DNA of 32,000 nucleotides, taken from assembly GCF_000253055.1 (NCBI RefSeq), contig NC_016070.1, forward strand, positions 450,001-482,000. Reading direction: 5' to 3'. This DNA comes from Thermoproteus tenax Kra 1 (lineage in GTDB: Archaea > Thermoproteota > Thermoprotei > Thermoproteales > Thermoproteaceae). The stretch's first letter is position 1. Every line of letters begins with the position of its first letter. Positions 31,172 to 32,000 of this stretch are shown piece after piece. The notes under the pieces were generated by a model that was not told the origin of the DNA, did not search any database, and saw only the letters and a list, made by a program, of their open reading frames with translations. Made by a program: the position numbers and the translations under genes.

Positions 31172-31339
31172 ATGGTGAAATGGGCTCTGCCCGCGCTACT
31201 CTACGTCCTCAGCGCCGTGGCGGTGGCGATGGGCATCCTCATCCTCTACTACGATAGAAAGGCGGCCGAGCTCGCCGTGGGCGGGATAGCTGTGGGCCTC
31301 GCGGCGCCGGCGGTCTACGCCGTATTGAGGAAGAGATAA
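31172..31339 (+). CDS. Micro membrane protein (55 aa, two predicted TM helices), not in the ORF track
   Basis: The sequence is ATG-MVKWALPALLYVLSAVAVAMGILILYYDRKAAELAVGGIAVGLAAPAVYAVLRKR-TAA. The TATA element AAAAATTTAAATTTA (31142-31156) is about 22 nt upstream. Confidence 0.45.
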   Translation: MVKWALPALLYVLSAVAVAMGILILYYDRKAAELAVGGIAVGLAAPAVYAVLRKR

Positions 31340-31362
31340 ATTGTTGTACATAACATCCTTAT

Positions 31363-32000
31363 ATGAGGCTCGAGGGGGTCATTGCTGCCACCGTAACGCC
31401 GTTTACTAAGGACGGCGTAAACTACGAGGCCCTCAAGCTTCTCTTGGAGCGCCTTGCGTCGCAGGGCTACGGCCTGTTTCCCTCCTCCTCCACGGGCGAG
31501 GTGACGAAGCTCAAGCCCGAGGAGAGAATAAGGGTGGCCGAGCTCGCCGTAGATGTCGCCAGAGGCAGAGTGCCCGTCATAGCGGGGACTGGGACCGGCG
31601 ACCACCTCAGCACGATCGAGATGGCGAGGAAGTATAAAGACGTCGGAGTAGACGCAGTCCTGGTCACTCCGCCCTACTATATCCAAGGCGATTGGGCGGG
31701 CATATACGCGTTCTATAAAAAGGTCTTGGACGCAGTAGACGTCCCAGTGGTTCTCTACACAATACCTCTGGCCGTCGGCTACAATATACCCGCCGAGGTC
31801 TTCGACTTAGTTACGACGGAATACAGCAACGTAGTTGCCGTTAAAGACAGCTCGGGGGACTTCAGATACCACATGGAGTTGATCTACTTAATAGGCAATA
31901 GGACTTCGGTCCTACAGGGAGTCGATATGTTCTTCGTCCCCAGCTTGATTGTCGGCGCTAGGGGCGGCATACTGGGCGGGCCAAACTTCTTGGGCCAGCT
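31363..32000 (+). CDS. DapA/KDG-aldolase family class-I aldolase (N-terminal 212 codons; continues beyond the right window edge)
   Basis: My translation is MRLEGVIAATVTPFTKDG...SSSTGEVTKL...PVIAGTGTG...VLVTPPYY...VAVKDSSGD, with the Schiff-base Lys in VKDSSG. The TATA-like GATAAATTG is about 22 nt upstream. It is absent from the ORF track because there is no stop in the window. Confidence 0.85.
   Translation, partial: MRLEGVIAATVTPFTKDGVNYEALKLLLERLASQGYGLFPSSSTGEVTKLKPEERIRVAELAVDVARGRVPVIAGTGTGDHLSTIEMARKYKDVGVDAVLVTPPYYIQGDWAGIYAFYKKVLDAVDVPVVLYTIPLAVGYNIPAEVFDLVTTEYSNVVAVKDSSGDFRYHMELIYLIGNRTSVLQGVDMFFVPSLIVGARGGILGGPNFLGQ

Noticed and set aside
1-32000. CRISPR arrays, rRNA genes, integrase or att-flanked islands, and toxin-antitoxin pairs
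   Set aside because: I found no regularly spaced direct repeats, no rRNA-like conserved blocks and no integrase or recombinase ORFs. The only mobile-element trace is the truncated TnpB-like ORF. Gene content is otherwise core housekeeping.

Overview
This window looks like a chromosomal, mostly housekeeping segment from a hyperthermophilic crenarchaeon. The organism appears Thermoproteales-like (Pyrobaculum/Thermoproteus-type), judged from three things. The gene set is archaeal: aIF2-alpha, Nop10, L10e, NAC, AglB, Hel308, Gins23, Pelota and NreA. There is a GAT-QueC fusion, which is typical of Crenarchaeota. Coding regions are GC-rich, and genes are leaderless with a TATA box about 25 nt upstream of ATG, GTG or TTG starts. 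I support about 39 protein genes, including three that are absent from the ORF track: two edge-truncated genes and two micro-ORFs, one of which is counted in both groups only by position, so see the feature list. I see no rRNA, tRNA or CRISPR array. Many ORF-track entries are antisense shadow ORFs, and several real genes probably start downstream of the longest ORF. The most interesting items are these. (1) A very GC-rich, hairpin-dense element of about 170 nt (7136-7313) lies directly downstream of a 5'-truncated TnpB-like ORF that sits in an alaS-nac operon. It could be an omega-RNA relic or a minimal RNase P-type RNA. (2) About 425 nt of apparently non-coding sequence lies upstream of alaS, with GC hairpins and a box C/D-like string. 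(3) Two reading-frame anomalies: a frameshifted wHTH regulator, and a Nop10 gene whose family signature PHPPKYSP is encoded in the +1 frame, which looks like a compensated double indel. (4) A translationally coupled pair of a KaiC/RadA-like ATPase and an SplB-type radical-SAM protein, next to NreA. (5) A divergent DHH phosphoesterase / RuvC-YqgF-like nuclease pair. (6) An orphan nested-helix element of about 63 nt with a U6 tract (28133-28195). (7) An AT-rich 162-nt spacer next to gins23. All family calls are by-eye motif recognition. No searches were run.
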